39,318 nt of DNA from an uncultured Gammaproteobacteria bacterium (GCA_903921135.1 CAIXOY010000233.1:1-39318); one strand, 5' to 3'; positions 1 through 9,740 are shown, numbered from the stretch's first letter. Notes: a model not told the origin generated them from the letters alone. Made by a program: numbers and translations.

Positions 1-504
1 GATCTTGAACTTGCGAGGAAGGAAGCTGAATTCGGGGTGGAAGGTCGACCACTGACGGATCAGATCGCACCAGGGGCGGGCGTCCTCGACTTCGTCGCGT
101 GCCACGCCCGAGAATTGGTCCGCAGTGACATTGCGGATGCAGTTGCCGCTGGTCTGTATCGCGTGCATGTCGACGCTGGCGAGCTCGGCGAGGATGTCAG
201 GCACCTCCTCGAGGCGCGGCCAGTTGAACTGGATGTTCTGGCGCGTGCTGAAGTGGCCGTAGCCCTTGTCATATCGGCGCGCTATGTGGGCCAGCATCCG
301 CAACTGGCGGCTCTCGAGCATTCCGTACGGTATTGCCACACGGAGCATCGGTGCCAGGCGCTGTACGTAGAGCCCGTTCTGGAGGCGCAGGGGCCGGAAC
401 TCGGCCTCGCTCAGCTCTCCGCGCAGGTAGCGTGCGGTCTGGTCGCGGAACTGGCTGACGCGATCCGCGAGCATGCGGTGGTCGAAAGTGTCGTAGCGAT
501 ACAT
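1..504 (-). CDS. cysI: Nitrite/sulfite reductase hemoprotein, N-terminal 168 codons (runs off the left edge)
   Basis: Not in the ORF track. Manual translation from the ATG at 504 gives MYRYDTFDHRMLADRVSQFRDQTARYLRGELSEAEFRPLRLQNGLYVQR...GYGHFSTRQNIQFNW...HAIQTSGNCIRNVT...FLPRKFKI, the typical N-terminus of Pseudomonas-type CysI. Confidence 0.93.
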   Translation of the reverse strand, partial: MYRYDTFDHRMLADRVSQFRDQTARYLRGELSEAEFRPLRLQNGLYVQRLAPMLRVAIPYGMLESRQLRMLAHIARRYDKGYGHFSTRQNIQFNWPRLEEVPDILAELASVDMHAIQTSGNCIRNVTADQFSGVARDEVEDARPWCDLIRQWSTFHPEFSFLPRKFKI

Positions 505-600
505 GCTTCCGGTACTGCAACTGTGTCGGAGGGTGGTGACGCGCCGCGCTGCACGGGGACGCTGCCCGGTGAACGGCGGGCGCACGTTAGCAGATCATCA

Positions 601-650
601 TCAGCACCAAAAAGCGTGTTTTTTCATACGCAAAGATCGTTTGGTGCTAA
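601..650. promoter_or_regulatory. AT-rich inverted-repeat operator candidate upstream of cysI (possibly CysB/LysR)
   Basis: AGCACCAAA (603-611) and TTTGGTGCT (640-648) form a perfect 9-bp inverted repeat around an AT-rich core in a GC-rich genome. The regulator identity is inferred from cysI context only. Confidence 0.4.
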
Positions 651-682
651 GACTCGGGGTAGGGCGCGGGCGAGAGGCTCGC

Positions 683-688
683 TATACT
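683..688 (+). promoter_or_regulatory. Candidate -10 element (GCTATACT) for the small ORF at 735
   Basis: TATACT lies about 47 nt upstream of the ATG. The same (G)CTATACT word recurs upstream of the DAHP synthase, icd, ftsK and iscR. Confidence 0.45.
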
Positions 689-734
689 CCGGGCGCCGCG
701 CGAGCGGTGCATCGAACAGTCCGGAGCATAGCGT

Positions 735-869
735 ATGAGCAAGGCAGATCAGGGTAACGGCATTCCCGATGAGGAGCGTCGCGAAGATGGCGTCGCTGAT
801 TCCATCGCAGCCGTTGTGTTGGTGGCACTGGCCGTCTCGGCGATGCTGTTCTGGGTGGCCGGGCACTGA
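735..869 (+). CDS. Small (44 aa) single-pass membrane protein, unknown function
   Basis: GGAG at 723-726, ATG at 735, TGA at 867-869. Translation: MSKADQGNGIPDEERREDGVADSIAAVVLVALAVSAMLFWVAGH (charged N-terminus, one C-terminal hydrophobic helix). Below the ORF-track size cutoff. Confidence 0.7.
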   Translation: MSKADQGNGIPDEERREDGVADSIAAVVLVALAVSAMLFWVAGH

Positions 870-884
870 ACCCCGCCGCACGGA

Positions 885-1115
885 TCAGTCGAGCACGACG
901 TTCACGACCACCACCAGTGTGGCGACGAAGAGCACGGTGAAGATCAGGCCGGCGATGATGAACTGCCGGTAATTCCCGCTGTTGAAGTCTCGCTCCCTGT
1001 TCCGTGAACTCTGCACGCCGAACGCTGCAGACAGCACGCTACCTACCACGTCGCGTGTGCTCATTCCGGCATGGGTTTCCGCGCCGGTGCTCTTCCCATC
1101 TTCTTGCTGGTTCAC
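885..1115 (-). CDS. DUF2970-family small membrane protein
   Basis: SVLSAAFGVQSSRNRERDF motif followed by a TM helix (FIIAGLIFTVLFVATLVVVVNVVL). GTG start. Confidence 0.8.
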   Translation of the reverse strand: MNQQEDGKSTGAETHAGMSTRDVVGSVLSAAFGVQSSRNRERDFNSGNYRQFIIAGLIFTVLFVATLVVVVNVVLD

Positions 1116-1250
1116 GTCGTCTGGTCTCGCTCGGATACTTCCAGTGGGGCCTGCGGTTTCCCACGCGCTGATCGGTTCGATCGTACACGGCCGGGGCAGG
1201 TCCGGACGATAGCTTTATGTGTGCGATCAGGGCGTTCAGGGTTGTAGCTA

Positions 1251-1275
1251 ATACCTGAGCGGGTTACTAGAATAT
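1251..1275 (+). promoter_or_regulatory. Candidate IscR type-1 operator upstream of nfuA
   Basis: ATACCTGAGCGGGTTACTAGAATAT is 25 bp with ATA...TAT ends. It resembles the sites upstream of iscR in this window and the IscR type-1 consensus. Confidence 0.6.
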
Positions 1276-1302
1276 TGGTTTGATGTGCCCGGAGCAGAAA
1301 GA

Positions 1303-1887
1303 ATGATCACGATTACGGAACCCGCCCAGACATATCTGTCAGGCCTTCTTGCGAAGCAGGATGCAGAGGTGCGGGGCATCCGGGTGTTCATAAATGACCC
1401 CGGCACACCCCGGGCCGAGACCTGCATCGCCTATTGCCGTGATGCCGATATCCGCGAGGAAGACGAGCGCCATGAGTTCCCCGGTGGCTTCGTGGCGTGG
1501 TTCGAGGCCCGCAGCCTGCCCTTCCTGCAGGACGCCTTCGTGGATTTTGCAGAAGACCGCATGGGCGGGCAGCTTACGATCAAGGCGCCAAACGCGAAGC
1601 TCCCGCGCGTGGGCGCAGACAGCTCTCTCGAGGATCGCATCAACTACATCCTCTACAACGAGGTGAACCCGCAGCTGGCAGCGCACGGCGGCGAGGTGAG
1701 TCTGGTCGAGATTGCCGAAGGCCCTGTGGCGGTTCTCAAGTTCGGGGGTGGTTGTCAGGGATGCGGCATGGTCGATGCCACCCTCAAACACGGAGTGGAA
1801 CGCAGTCTTCTGGAGCAGCTTCCAGAACTGAAGGAAGTGCGCGACGTCACCGACCACAGCAAGCGCGAGAACGCCTACTACAGCTGA
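1303..1887 (+). CDS. nfuA: Fe-S biogenesis carrier NfuA
   Basis: MITITEPAQ start (ATG 1303 after GGAG), degenerate A-type domain ([13 protein letters not shown]), and NifU-C domain with FGGGCQGC and DVTDH. Confidence 0.96.
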   Translation: MITITEPAQTYLSGLLAKQDAEVRGIRVFINDPGTPRAETCIAYCRDADIREEDERHEFPGGFVAWFEARSLPFLQDAFVDFAEDRMGGQLTIKAPNAKLPRVGADSSLEDRINYILYNEVNPQLAAHGGEVSLVEIAEGPVAVLKFGGGCQGCGMVDATLKHGVERSLLEQLPELKEVRDVTDHSKRENAYYS

Positions 1888-1908
1888 ATCAGACGCTCGA
1901 TGCCTGAC

Positions 1909-2988
1909 TCAGCCCGGGTTTTTCCTGCCCGGCAAAACGTGTCTCAACTTCTCACGCATGGCGCGCAGCGCGCCTGCGGTGCTTTCCCAGTCAAGACAGC
2001 CGTCCGTTACCGATACCCCGTAGCGTAGCTGCGAGAGATCGGCAGGTATGGATTGGTTGCCGCCTGCCAGATTGCTCTCCAGCATGACGCCCACGATGGA
2101 GCGGTTACCCTCGACGATCTGGTTGGCCACGTTGTCGAGTACCAGCGGTTGCAAGGCGGGGTCCTTGTTCGAGTTGGCGTGGCTGCAGTCCACCACGATC
2201 CCTCCCGGTACGCCTGCTTTTGCGAGTTCCCGCTCAGCCAGAGCGATATGCACGGAGTCGTAATTCGGACCTTGCGAGCCTCCGCGCAGCACCACGTGGG
2301 CGTGGCTGTTGCCCCGGGTGTGGACAACGGTAACCCGGCCGGTTTCGTCGATGCCCAGAAATCTGTGTGAGCTCAGGGCGGATTTGAGCGCGTTCACGGC
2401 GACGGTGAGGCCGCCGTCGGTACCGTTCTTGAAACCCACCGGGCATGACAGTCCGCTCGCGAGCTCACGGTGTGTCTGCGACTCCGTCGTGCGCGCGCCG
2501 ATCGCCGACCAGCTGATCAGGTCCTGCAGGTATTGGGGAGAAATAGGGTCCAGTGCTTCGGTCGCCGTCGGCAGTCCGAGTGCGCCTATGTCGACCAGCA
2601 GCTTGCGCGCGATGCGCAGGCCGTCCTGGATGCGGAAGGAGTCGTTCAGGTAGGGGTCGTTGACCAGGCCTTTCCAGCCGGTCGTGGTGCGGGGTTTCTC
2701 GAAGTAGACGCGCATCACCACGACTATGGTGTCGTCGATTTCCCGGGCGAGTACGGCCAGATGCTGTGCGTAGTCCAGTGCTGCGGCCGGGTCGTGGACC
2801 GAGCAGGGGCCAACGACCACGAACAGCCGGTGGTCCCTCCCGTCGAGAATGTCCCGGATGGTCGATCGGGCGCCGAGTACCGTCTGTCGAATGGCCTCGG
2901 GGAGGGGCACTTCGCGTTTCAGTTCGTCAGGGGTGATGAGCCCCTCGAAGGTGTCTACATTCAGGTTTTCGATGGAGCGGTCGGTCAT
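1909..2988 (-). CDS. aroF: DAHP synthase, class I-alpha (AroF/AroG type; feedback specificity not determinable)
   Basis: GPCSVHD, RVYFEKPRTTTGWKG, IGARTTESQTHRE, DCSHANS and SVTDGC motifs. Start placed at MTDRSIENLNV rather than the track's 3048. Confidence 0.93.
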   Translation of the reverse strand: MTDRSIENLNVDTFEGLITPDELKREVPLPEAIRQTVLGARSTIRDILDGRDHRLFVVVGPCSVHDPAAALDYAQHLAVLAREIDDTIVVVMRVYFEKPRTTTGWKGLVNDPYLNDSFRIQDGLRIARKLLVDIGALGLPTATEALDPISPQYLQDLISWSAIGARTTESQTHRELASGLSCPVGFKNGTDGGLTVAVNALKSALSSHRFLGIDETGRVTVVHTRGNSHAHVVLRGGSQGPNYDSVHIALAERELAKAGVPGGIVVDCSHANSNKDPALQPLVLDNVANQIVEGNRSIVGVMLESNLAGGNQSIPADLSQLRYGVSVTDGCLDWESTAGALRAMREKLRHVLPGRKNPG

Positions 2989-3038
2989 GGAAAGGAGACT
3001 GCTTTGGGGAACGGAGGGCATATCGCCGGACGGGCGGG

Positions 3039-3047
3039 AGTATAGCA
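3039..3047 (-). promoter_or_regulatory. Extended -10 element (TGCTATACT) for the DAHP synthase gene
   Basis: The reverse complement of AGTATAGCA matches TGn-TATAAT with one mismatch, about 50 nt upstream of the ATG at 2988. Confidence 0.55.
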
Positions 3048-3085
3048 AGGCAACAGGCCGCGATCGCCCGGCGCTGCCCCTTCCG

Positions 3086-3568
3086 TCAGGACGGCAGCGG
3101 CAACAATTCGTCGAGAAGTTGTGCCACTCCGTTCCGGATCAGCCCCAGGGCCCGGGTGAACTGCGCGGCATCGCCGTAAAAGGGGTCCGGAACCTCGACG
3201 CCTGCGGCGCCGTTGCTGCCTGGCAGGAGCCGGAGTTGACCGGCGAACCCGGGAGGACGCCATCCTGTCAGCGTGTGCAGGTTCGATCGGTCCATCGCCA
3301 CGATCTGCCCGAACGACGCGAAGTCCTCGTCGCTGATCTGCCGGGCAAGGTGCGCTGGCATCGGGAAACCGTGTGCTCGCAGTGCATCCGTCGCGCGGGG
3401 ATCGGCCGGCTTGCCCGCGTTGAATGCTGCGGTTCCCCGTGATGCCACGCGCACATCGTGTTCCTGTCCGCGGTCTCGCAACATCTGCAGCGTCACGCAC
3501 TCGGCCATGGGGGAGCGGCACACATTGCCGAGGCAGACAAACAGGATATGTACGCGCGTTTCACTCAT
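3086..3568 (-). CDS. Low-molecular-weight protein-tyrosine phosphatase
   Basis: P-loop ILFVCLGNVCRSPMAE (CX5R), ARQI, IVAMDRSN and catalytic EVPDPFYG. Start placed at MSETRVHILF. Confidence 0.92.
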   Translation of the reverse strand: MSETRVHILFVCLGNVCRSPMAECVTLQMLRDRGQEHDVRVASRGTAAFNAGKPADPRATDALRAHGFPMPAHLARQISDEDFASFGQIVAMDRSNLHTLTGWRPPGFAGQLRLLPGSNGAAGVEVPDPFYGDAAQFTRALGLIRNGVAQLLDELLPLPS

Positions 3569-3724
3569 CTGCGTGGTCCGGACGTGATCTGGCGAACCGC
3601 ACGATATCAGCCGGGACGGCAGTGGCGCGTGGCGCATTTGTCAGGTGCCATTGGCCGCTGCGGATATTGAGGCGCCGCTGGCTCGGGCTACACTCGCTTC
3701 TTTACGCATTCCGGAGCGATACGC

Positions 3725-4504
3725 ATGGCATTCACTGGCAAGGTAGCGTTGGTCACAGGTGGTGCAAGCGGCATGGGCAAGGTGGCAGCCCTGCGCCTGG
3801 CTGCCTCCGGTGCGCGGGTCGCGATTTTCGACATGAACGAGCAAGCTCTCGCGGAAATGGCAGCGGCTGATCCGAACATCCGCACCTGGCGGTGCAACGT
3901 GGCGGACTGGGAAGATGTGCAGGCACGGGTGGCGGAGGTCGAGGAGGAACTCGGCCCTATCGATCGATTGACCCATGCAGCAGGCATCATGCCCAGTTAC
4001 GCAGTCATGGATACCACGATCGAACAGGCGCGTCGGCTCATCGACGTGAACTACTTCGGCACGCTTCACATGATCCGTGCGGTGGTGCCCGGCATGCTCG
4101 ACCGCAACAGGGGGGACGTGATCCTCTTCGGCTCGATTTCAGGCATGGCGCTCACGCCCAAGCTCGGCGCCTATGCCGCCTCCAAGGCTGCAGTGAACGT
4201 TCTGGGTGAAACCCTCGCGAACGAACTTGCACACACTGCGCTCAGGATCGCGGTCGTCTTGCCTCCGGCCGTGAACACCCCGCTGATCGAGCAGTCCCTG
4301 AATACGGATGCCGCACAAGCTCTCCGTGAAGCCCGCAAGAGCGGCCGGCTGAGTGACCCCGGAAAAATCGTTACCCAGATCGAGGAAGGTCTCGAAAAAG
4401 GCAAAAAGGCGATCTATCCCGGAGAGGCCAAATTCCTTGAGCTCTGGCACACCCTTGCGCCGCGTCTGTGGTGGAAGACGGTGCTCCAGTTCGAGAAGCG
4501 CTGA
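3725..4504 (+). CDS. Short-chain dehydrogenase/reductase (classical SDR)
   Basis: TGGASGMG, Asp at the end of beta-2 (IFDMN, NAD-preferring), catalytic S...YAASK. Confidence 0.92.
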   Translation: MAFTGKVALVTGGASGMGKVAALRLAASGARVAIFDMNEQALAEMAAADPNIRTWRCNVADWEDVQARVAEVEEELGPIDRLTHAAGIMPSYAVMDTTIEQARRLIDVNYFGTLHMIRAVVPGMLDRNRGDVILFGSISGMALTPKLGAYAASKAAVNVLGETLANELAHTALRIAVVLPPAVNTPLIEQSLNTDAAQALREARKSGRLSDPGKIVTQIEEGLEKGKKAIYPGEAKFLELWHTLAPRLWWKTVLQFEKR

Positions 4505-4507
4505 GGC

Positions 4508-5992
4508 TCAGTCTGCCCTCAGAGCGGCGCTTCGCCCGGCCTTGCGTCCCGAGAAACTCGCATCGCCCACCGAGATGCCGCTGCAATAGCCGGCCGCCGT
4601 GCGTGGAACACCGCAGGCGGTCCGGCCGGCGGCGTAGAGCCCCGGAATCACCTCGCCTTCTGGCGTCAGCACTTCGCCCGTCACCTTCGTATCGAGTCCG
4701 CCGAGGGTGAAAAACGGATAGAAAGTGCCTCGGCCCGGCGAGCAATCCACCGCCGCGAGGGGCAGGCTGAGTGGCGTCAGCCACTCGGACGATTTGTGGA
4801 ACAACGGATCCTCGCCGCGCGCGGCGTGTGCGTTGTAGTACGCGATCGTCTGCTGAAGGCTTCCGGGGGGAAGAGCCAGTTCCGACTCGAGTTCTTCCAC
4901 TGACTCTTCTGTCGTTCCGGCGAACTGCGCATTGAGATAGCTTCCCTCCGGGTAGTTCCCGAAATCCTCTGCGCTGGCGATCAGGAAGACACGCTGCCCG
5001 GGTTGCTGCAGGCAGTAGTAACCGACGCGGCCGTGGTAGCAATCCTCGTTGATGAAGCGTTGCCCCTGTGCGTTCACGAAGATCCCGCGCGTGAGTGATG
5101 CCGGCGGGTAGTAGGGCACGCTGACGAAACCCTCGTGCATGTTGATTGCCGCTGCGCCCGCACCCTGTCCCATCAGGATTCCGCTTCCCGTATCTCCCGG
5201 GTTGCCGATCGGTTGCGAGGCACCGAGCAGCATCGGTGCATGCTTGCGGATCATGTCCTCGTTCATCACGAAGCCGCCACAGCAGAGCACCACCCCGCGC
5301 CGGGCGCGCACCAGGCGCTCCTGCTGGTCGATACGCACCACCACGCCGTGTACGGTGCCGTCGTCATCCGTGACCAGTGTGAGTGCTCTCGCGTCGAAAT
5401 GGACCTCTATGCCGCGCTCCTCGACGTTGCGTCTGAGAATATTGGCGAAGAGGGGACCGCCGTTGTCTCCTTCGACCTGAAGGTTGTGACCGCGCGGTGC
5501 GGGAGTCGCGATCTGCGTGAACGGCCAGGCTTTTTCGCTGCCGGTGTACAGCAGGCAGTCGTCGGTGAGCGCCATGATCGCGCGGTGCGGATAGACCGAA
5601 TCCTTGTAGGGGACGCCCAGCGTCTGCGTCAGCCAGTCGAAATGATCCACGCTTCCCTCGCAGTAGGCGCGCACCTTCGCCTCATCCGCGATGGGTCCGT
5701 TCGATGCCATCAGGAAGCGGAACATGTCTTCCACGCTGTCCTCGATGCCGCAGGCTTTCTGCACGCGCGTGCCACCGCCCATGTATATCTCGGCGCTGGA
5801 GAGACGCGTTGACCCCCCTGAATCGCTGGCAAGATCGAAAAGCACGACTCGGGCCCCGTTGTCGTGCGCCTCTATAGCGGCGCATGCGCCTGCGCCTCCG
5901 AAGCCGATCACGGCGACATCTGTGTCGATGTCCCACGCCGTGATGCTGGAGAGGTGACGGGGGCGGGTAGGCATGGTGCGGGTATCGCTCAC
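4508..5992 (-). CDS. FAD-dependent oxidoreductase, 3-ketosteroid dehydrogenase / fumarate-reductase flavoprotein family (Delta4-5alpha-KSTD-like)
   Basis: GFGGAG FAD motif, GGSTRLS, GQRFINED, TLGGL, IPGLYAAGRT and C-terminal GYCSGISVGDASFSGRKAG. Confidence 0.8.
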   Translation of the reverse strand: MSDTRTMPTRPRHLSSITAWDIDTDVAVIGFGGAGACAAIEAHDNGARVVLFDLASDSGGSTRLSSAEIYMGGGTRVQKACGIEDSVEDMFRFLMASNGPIADEAKVRAYCEGSVDHFDWLTQTLGVPYKDSVYPHRAIMALTDDCLLYTGSEKAWPFTQIATPAPRGHNLQVEGDNGGPLFANILRRNVEERGIEVHFDARALTLVTDDDGTVHGVVVRIDQQERLVRARRGVVLCCGGFVMNEDMIRKHAPMLLGASQPIGNPGDTGSGILMGQGAGAAAINMHEGFVSVPYYPPASLTRGIFVNAQGQRFINEDCYHGRVGYYCLQQPGQRVFLIASAEDFGNYPEGSYLNAQFAGTTEESVEELESELALPPGSLQQTIAYYNAHAARGEDPLFHKSSEWLTPLSLPLAAVDCSPGRGTFYPFFTLGGLDTKVTGEVLTPEGEVIPGLYAAGRTACGVPRTAAGYCSGISVGDASFSGRKAGRSAALRAD

Positions 5993-6025
5993 GCGAGGAG
6001 TCCTTCTGCTGGCTTCAGGGGGTGT

Positions 6026-7135
6026 TCAGGGTGAATTGCGCGGCACAAGGGTGCCGGGCAGCGGTGGTCGGGCCTCTGGGCCGAGCGCCTGTGCGGGAAT
6101 CCGGAAGTACTGGAGCAGGGTCGCTGCGATCTGCCCCTGATGGAGTTCACCGGTGTTCCGCGCCTCGCCCGTAGCGGGGGTGTCGGGGCCGGCTACCACG
6201 GCCCAGATGAATTCGCTGCCGGGAATACTGCAGTCGTGTTCGGACCAATCCTTTCCCTGCAGTCCACGTCCGTGATCGGTGCTGATCACAAGCGTCGTGC
6301 GGTCCCGGTAGCGTTCGTCTGCCTGAAGTGTCGACCATAACTCGCCTATCAGGCGGTCGGCGCGGTTCAGGTACACGAGCAGGCGATCGTAACGGTCAGC
6401 GTGGGACCAGTCATCGGAGTTGCCGAGCCCCAGCCAGAGCAGGCGCGTCTGCTGTTTGCGCATGTAGCGCTGAGCGATGCGCAACGTTAGGACGTCCTCG
6501 CTGCCTTCTTCCCAGAGGCCCAGAACGTCCTTGCGAAGCGAGACGAGTTCATCGATCTCCGGCGTGGAGAAGCGCGCAGGCAGCGGGTCGTAGGCGCCGC
6601 TGGTCAGAATGAGGCCGTCCCCGCTGGCCGCAGCACTGGCGAAGCCATCCCAGGAGCCGATCTGGGCCACGGCCCCGAAGGGTAACTGGAGTTCGCGGGA
6701 GACAACTTCGAGCGCGGTTTGGTGGGGATAGCGACGGACGTCGTTGCTGTCGACCTCGGCGCGTGGTGCTCCGGTCAACATCTCGGTGTAGCCCGGCGCC
6801 GAAAAGCAGAACGGGTTCTGGACCTTCATCACCGAGCCGCGATCGCGGTTACCGAAAATCACGCCCCGTGGCACCAGTTCTTTCCACAGGAACGGCATCA
6901 GTGCCTCCCGTCGTGCCTCGGCCGTGGAGCCGATGAAGCGCGGCCTGACCGTCTCCATGTCCGAATAGTGCTGCAGCGCGGAGTGCGCGGCGATGATCTC
7001 GTCGAGACCGCCAAAAACCTCCTGCACCCGAACGCCGTCCAGTGTCACCAGCACCACGTTCCGGGTTTGCGGCGACGCACACACCGAGGAGGCGAGAAAG
7101 GCCATGGTCAGAAGAACAAGGGCTCGGAGGTGCAT
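6026..7135 (-). CDS. Secreted alkaline-phosphatase-superfamily (phosphodiesterase/phosphomutase-like) metalloenzyme
   Basis: Sec-type signal peptide (MHLRALVLLTMAFLASSVCA), VTLDGVR, SAPGYTEMLTG (Ser nucleophile position), DDWSH and STDHGR metal-ligand motifs. Confidence 0.8.
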   Translation of the reverse strand: MHLRALVLLTMAFLASSVCASPQTRNVVLVTLDGVRVQEVFGGLDEIIAAHSALQHYSDMETVRPRFIGSTAEARREALMPFLWKELVPRGVIFGNRDRGSVMKVQNPFCFSAPGYTEMLTGAPRAEVDSNDVRRYPHQTALEVVSRELQLPFGAVAQIGSWDGFASAAASGDGLILTSGAYDPLPARFSTPEIDELVSLRKDVLGLWEEGSEDVLTLRIAQRYMRKQQTRLLWLGLGNSDDWSHADRYDRLLVYLNRADRLIGELWSTLQADERYRDRTTLVISTDHGRGLQGKDWSEHDCSIPGSEFIWAVVAGPDTPATGEARNTGELHQGQIAATLLQYFRIPAQALGPEARPPLPGTLVPRNSP

Positions 7136-7159
7136 GGCGTCGACTCCTTCAGGTAAAAG

Positions 7160-7654
7160 CTACAGCGGCATGAGCCTGAGCTCGGGATCTTCGATCGCCC
7201 GCGACCACATGTCGTCGAACTGCAGGGCGAGATGCTTGACCAATGGGCGGTCGTCTGCGTTCAGGAAGCCGGATTTGTCGTCTTCCATGGGCAGGAAGAA
7301 CACTCCGCGGTCATCGGCCAGTACGTAGTTTGCGGCGAGATTCTCGGGCATGAACGTGGGCTTCAGTATGCGCACCGAGGATCCCAGTCGCCGGTGGAGA
7401 GTGCCGAGGCAGTGGCTGCGCTTCGACAGATGTGCGCTGTCCTTCAACAGGATACGGATTTCGCATTGCCGACCTTGACGCGCAACCCGCGAGAGTTCGG
7501 CGGCGATATCGGGGCGATCGAAAAGCTCCGGATCCAACTCATCGCTCAGGATACGTACGATCCTCTGCGCTTGCCCGAGAATGCCGAGGAGCGCCTCGGC
7601 CTGCTCGGATGATGCACCGAGTGCGAGTCGCCCTTCGGCTTTCGGCAGGACCAC
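7160..7654 (-). CDS. Hypothetical protein, a domain I recall usually fused or adjacent to a GNAT downstream of purB; start uncertain (GTG 7654 or ATG 7711)
   Basis: Open frame with RIVRILSDELDPELFD...EIRILLKD...YVLADDRGVFF...FDDMWSRA..DPELRLM. It fills the gap between purB and the next gene on the same strand. Confidence 0.7.
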   Translation of the reverse strand: MVLPKAEGRLALGASSEQAEALLGILGQAQRIVRILSDELDPELFDRPDIAAELSRVARQGRQCEIRILLKDSAHLSKRSHCLGTLHRRLGSSVRILKPTFMPENLAANYVLADDRGVFFLPMEDDKSGFLNADDRPLVKHLALQFDDMWSRAIEDPELRLMPL

Positions 7655-7658
7655 CTGC

Positions 7659-9095
<1,437 letters not shown>

Positions 9096-9740
9096 TCAGT
9101 GGGCCGATGATAGCGCATGGAGCCGGGCCACAGCAGCGCGCAAGGGCCGGCGTTCCATGACAAGGCGGTGCCGCCGTCCGCCGAGATGGCGCCACAACAC
9201 GGCTGCCCGAAGGCCGCAAAGGAGCAGTGCCCTGATCCGCTCGGCCACGCGCGGGTCCTGGAGGTGTTTCGCGCTGCCACTTACCTGGATCCGGAAACGC
9301 ATCGGGCTCACACAGTCTTGGTAGACCGAGGCAAGACTGGTGGCGATCTCGTCGAAGCGGCTGCTGAAGTGTGCTTGCTTTACCGCCGCGTGCTCAAGCC
9401 TGTTGCGGATGGCCTCCATGCGAGCGCGATCACGGCCAAGGGTCCGGCCGAGATGGAGCATGGCGAGGGTGTAGCGAAGTGCAGGCCGGTGCTCGGTGGC
9501 CGCACCGTGCTCGAGCATGTCTGCCAGGGCATCGAGCCCGCGCCTCAGCCGGGGCAAACCGCCGAAGACCTCTTCCACCTGATCCCATTCGAGCCTGAAC
9601 AGGCTCTCGGAGAGAGCCTGCATATCAGCCGCAGGTGCGGTCCCCTCGCGCGAGAGAAGATCCACCAGGATGGCCGATTGCACCACCGCCGCGAGCGCTA
9701 CGGCTTGCCCGGAGAGTCGCGTCTCTTCACTGGTGTTCAC
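9096..9740 (-). CDS. hflD: High-frequency lysogenization protein HflD
   Basis: RIQVSG...[21 protein letters not shown] motif. Located between mnmA and purB; its GTG overlaps the mnmA stop (GTGA). Confidence 0.92.
   Translation of the reverse strand: MNTSEETRLSGQAVALAAVVQSAILVDLLSREGTAPAADMQALSESLFRLEWDQVEEVFGGLPRLRRGLDALADMLEHGAATEHRPALRYTLAMLHLGRTLGRDRARMEAIRNRLEHAAVKQAHFSSRFDEIATSLASVYQDCVSPMRFRIQVSGSAKHLQDPRVAERIRALLLCGLRAAVLWRHLGGRRHRLVMERRPLRAAVARLHALSSAH

Noticed and set aside
37-738. 233-aa plus-strand ORF
   Set aside because: Antisense shadow of cysI; the minus frame carries the sulfite-reductase motifs.
3086-3568. LMW phosphatase as an arginine phosphatase or arsenate reductase linked to Clp proteolysis
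   Set aside because: The P-loop is CLGNVCRS rather than CTGNTCRS (YwlE) or CTGNSCRS (ArsC), and there is no mcsB, clpC or ars gene in the window.
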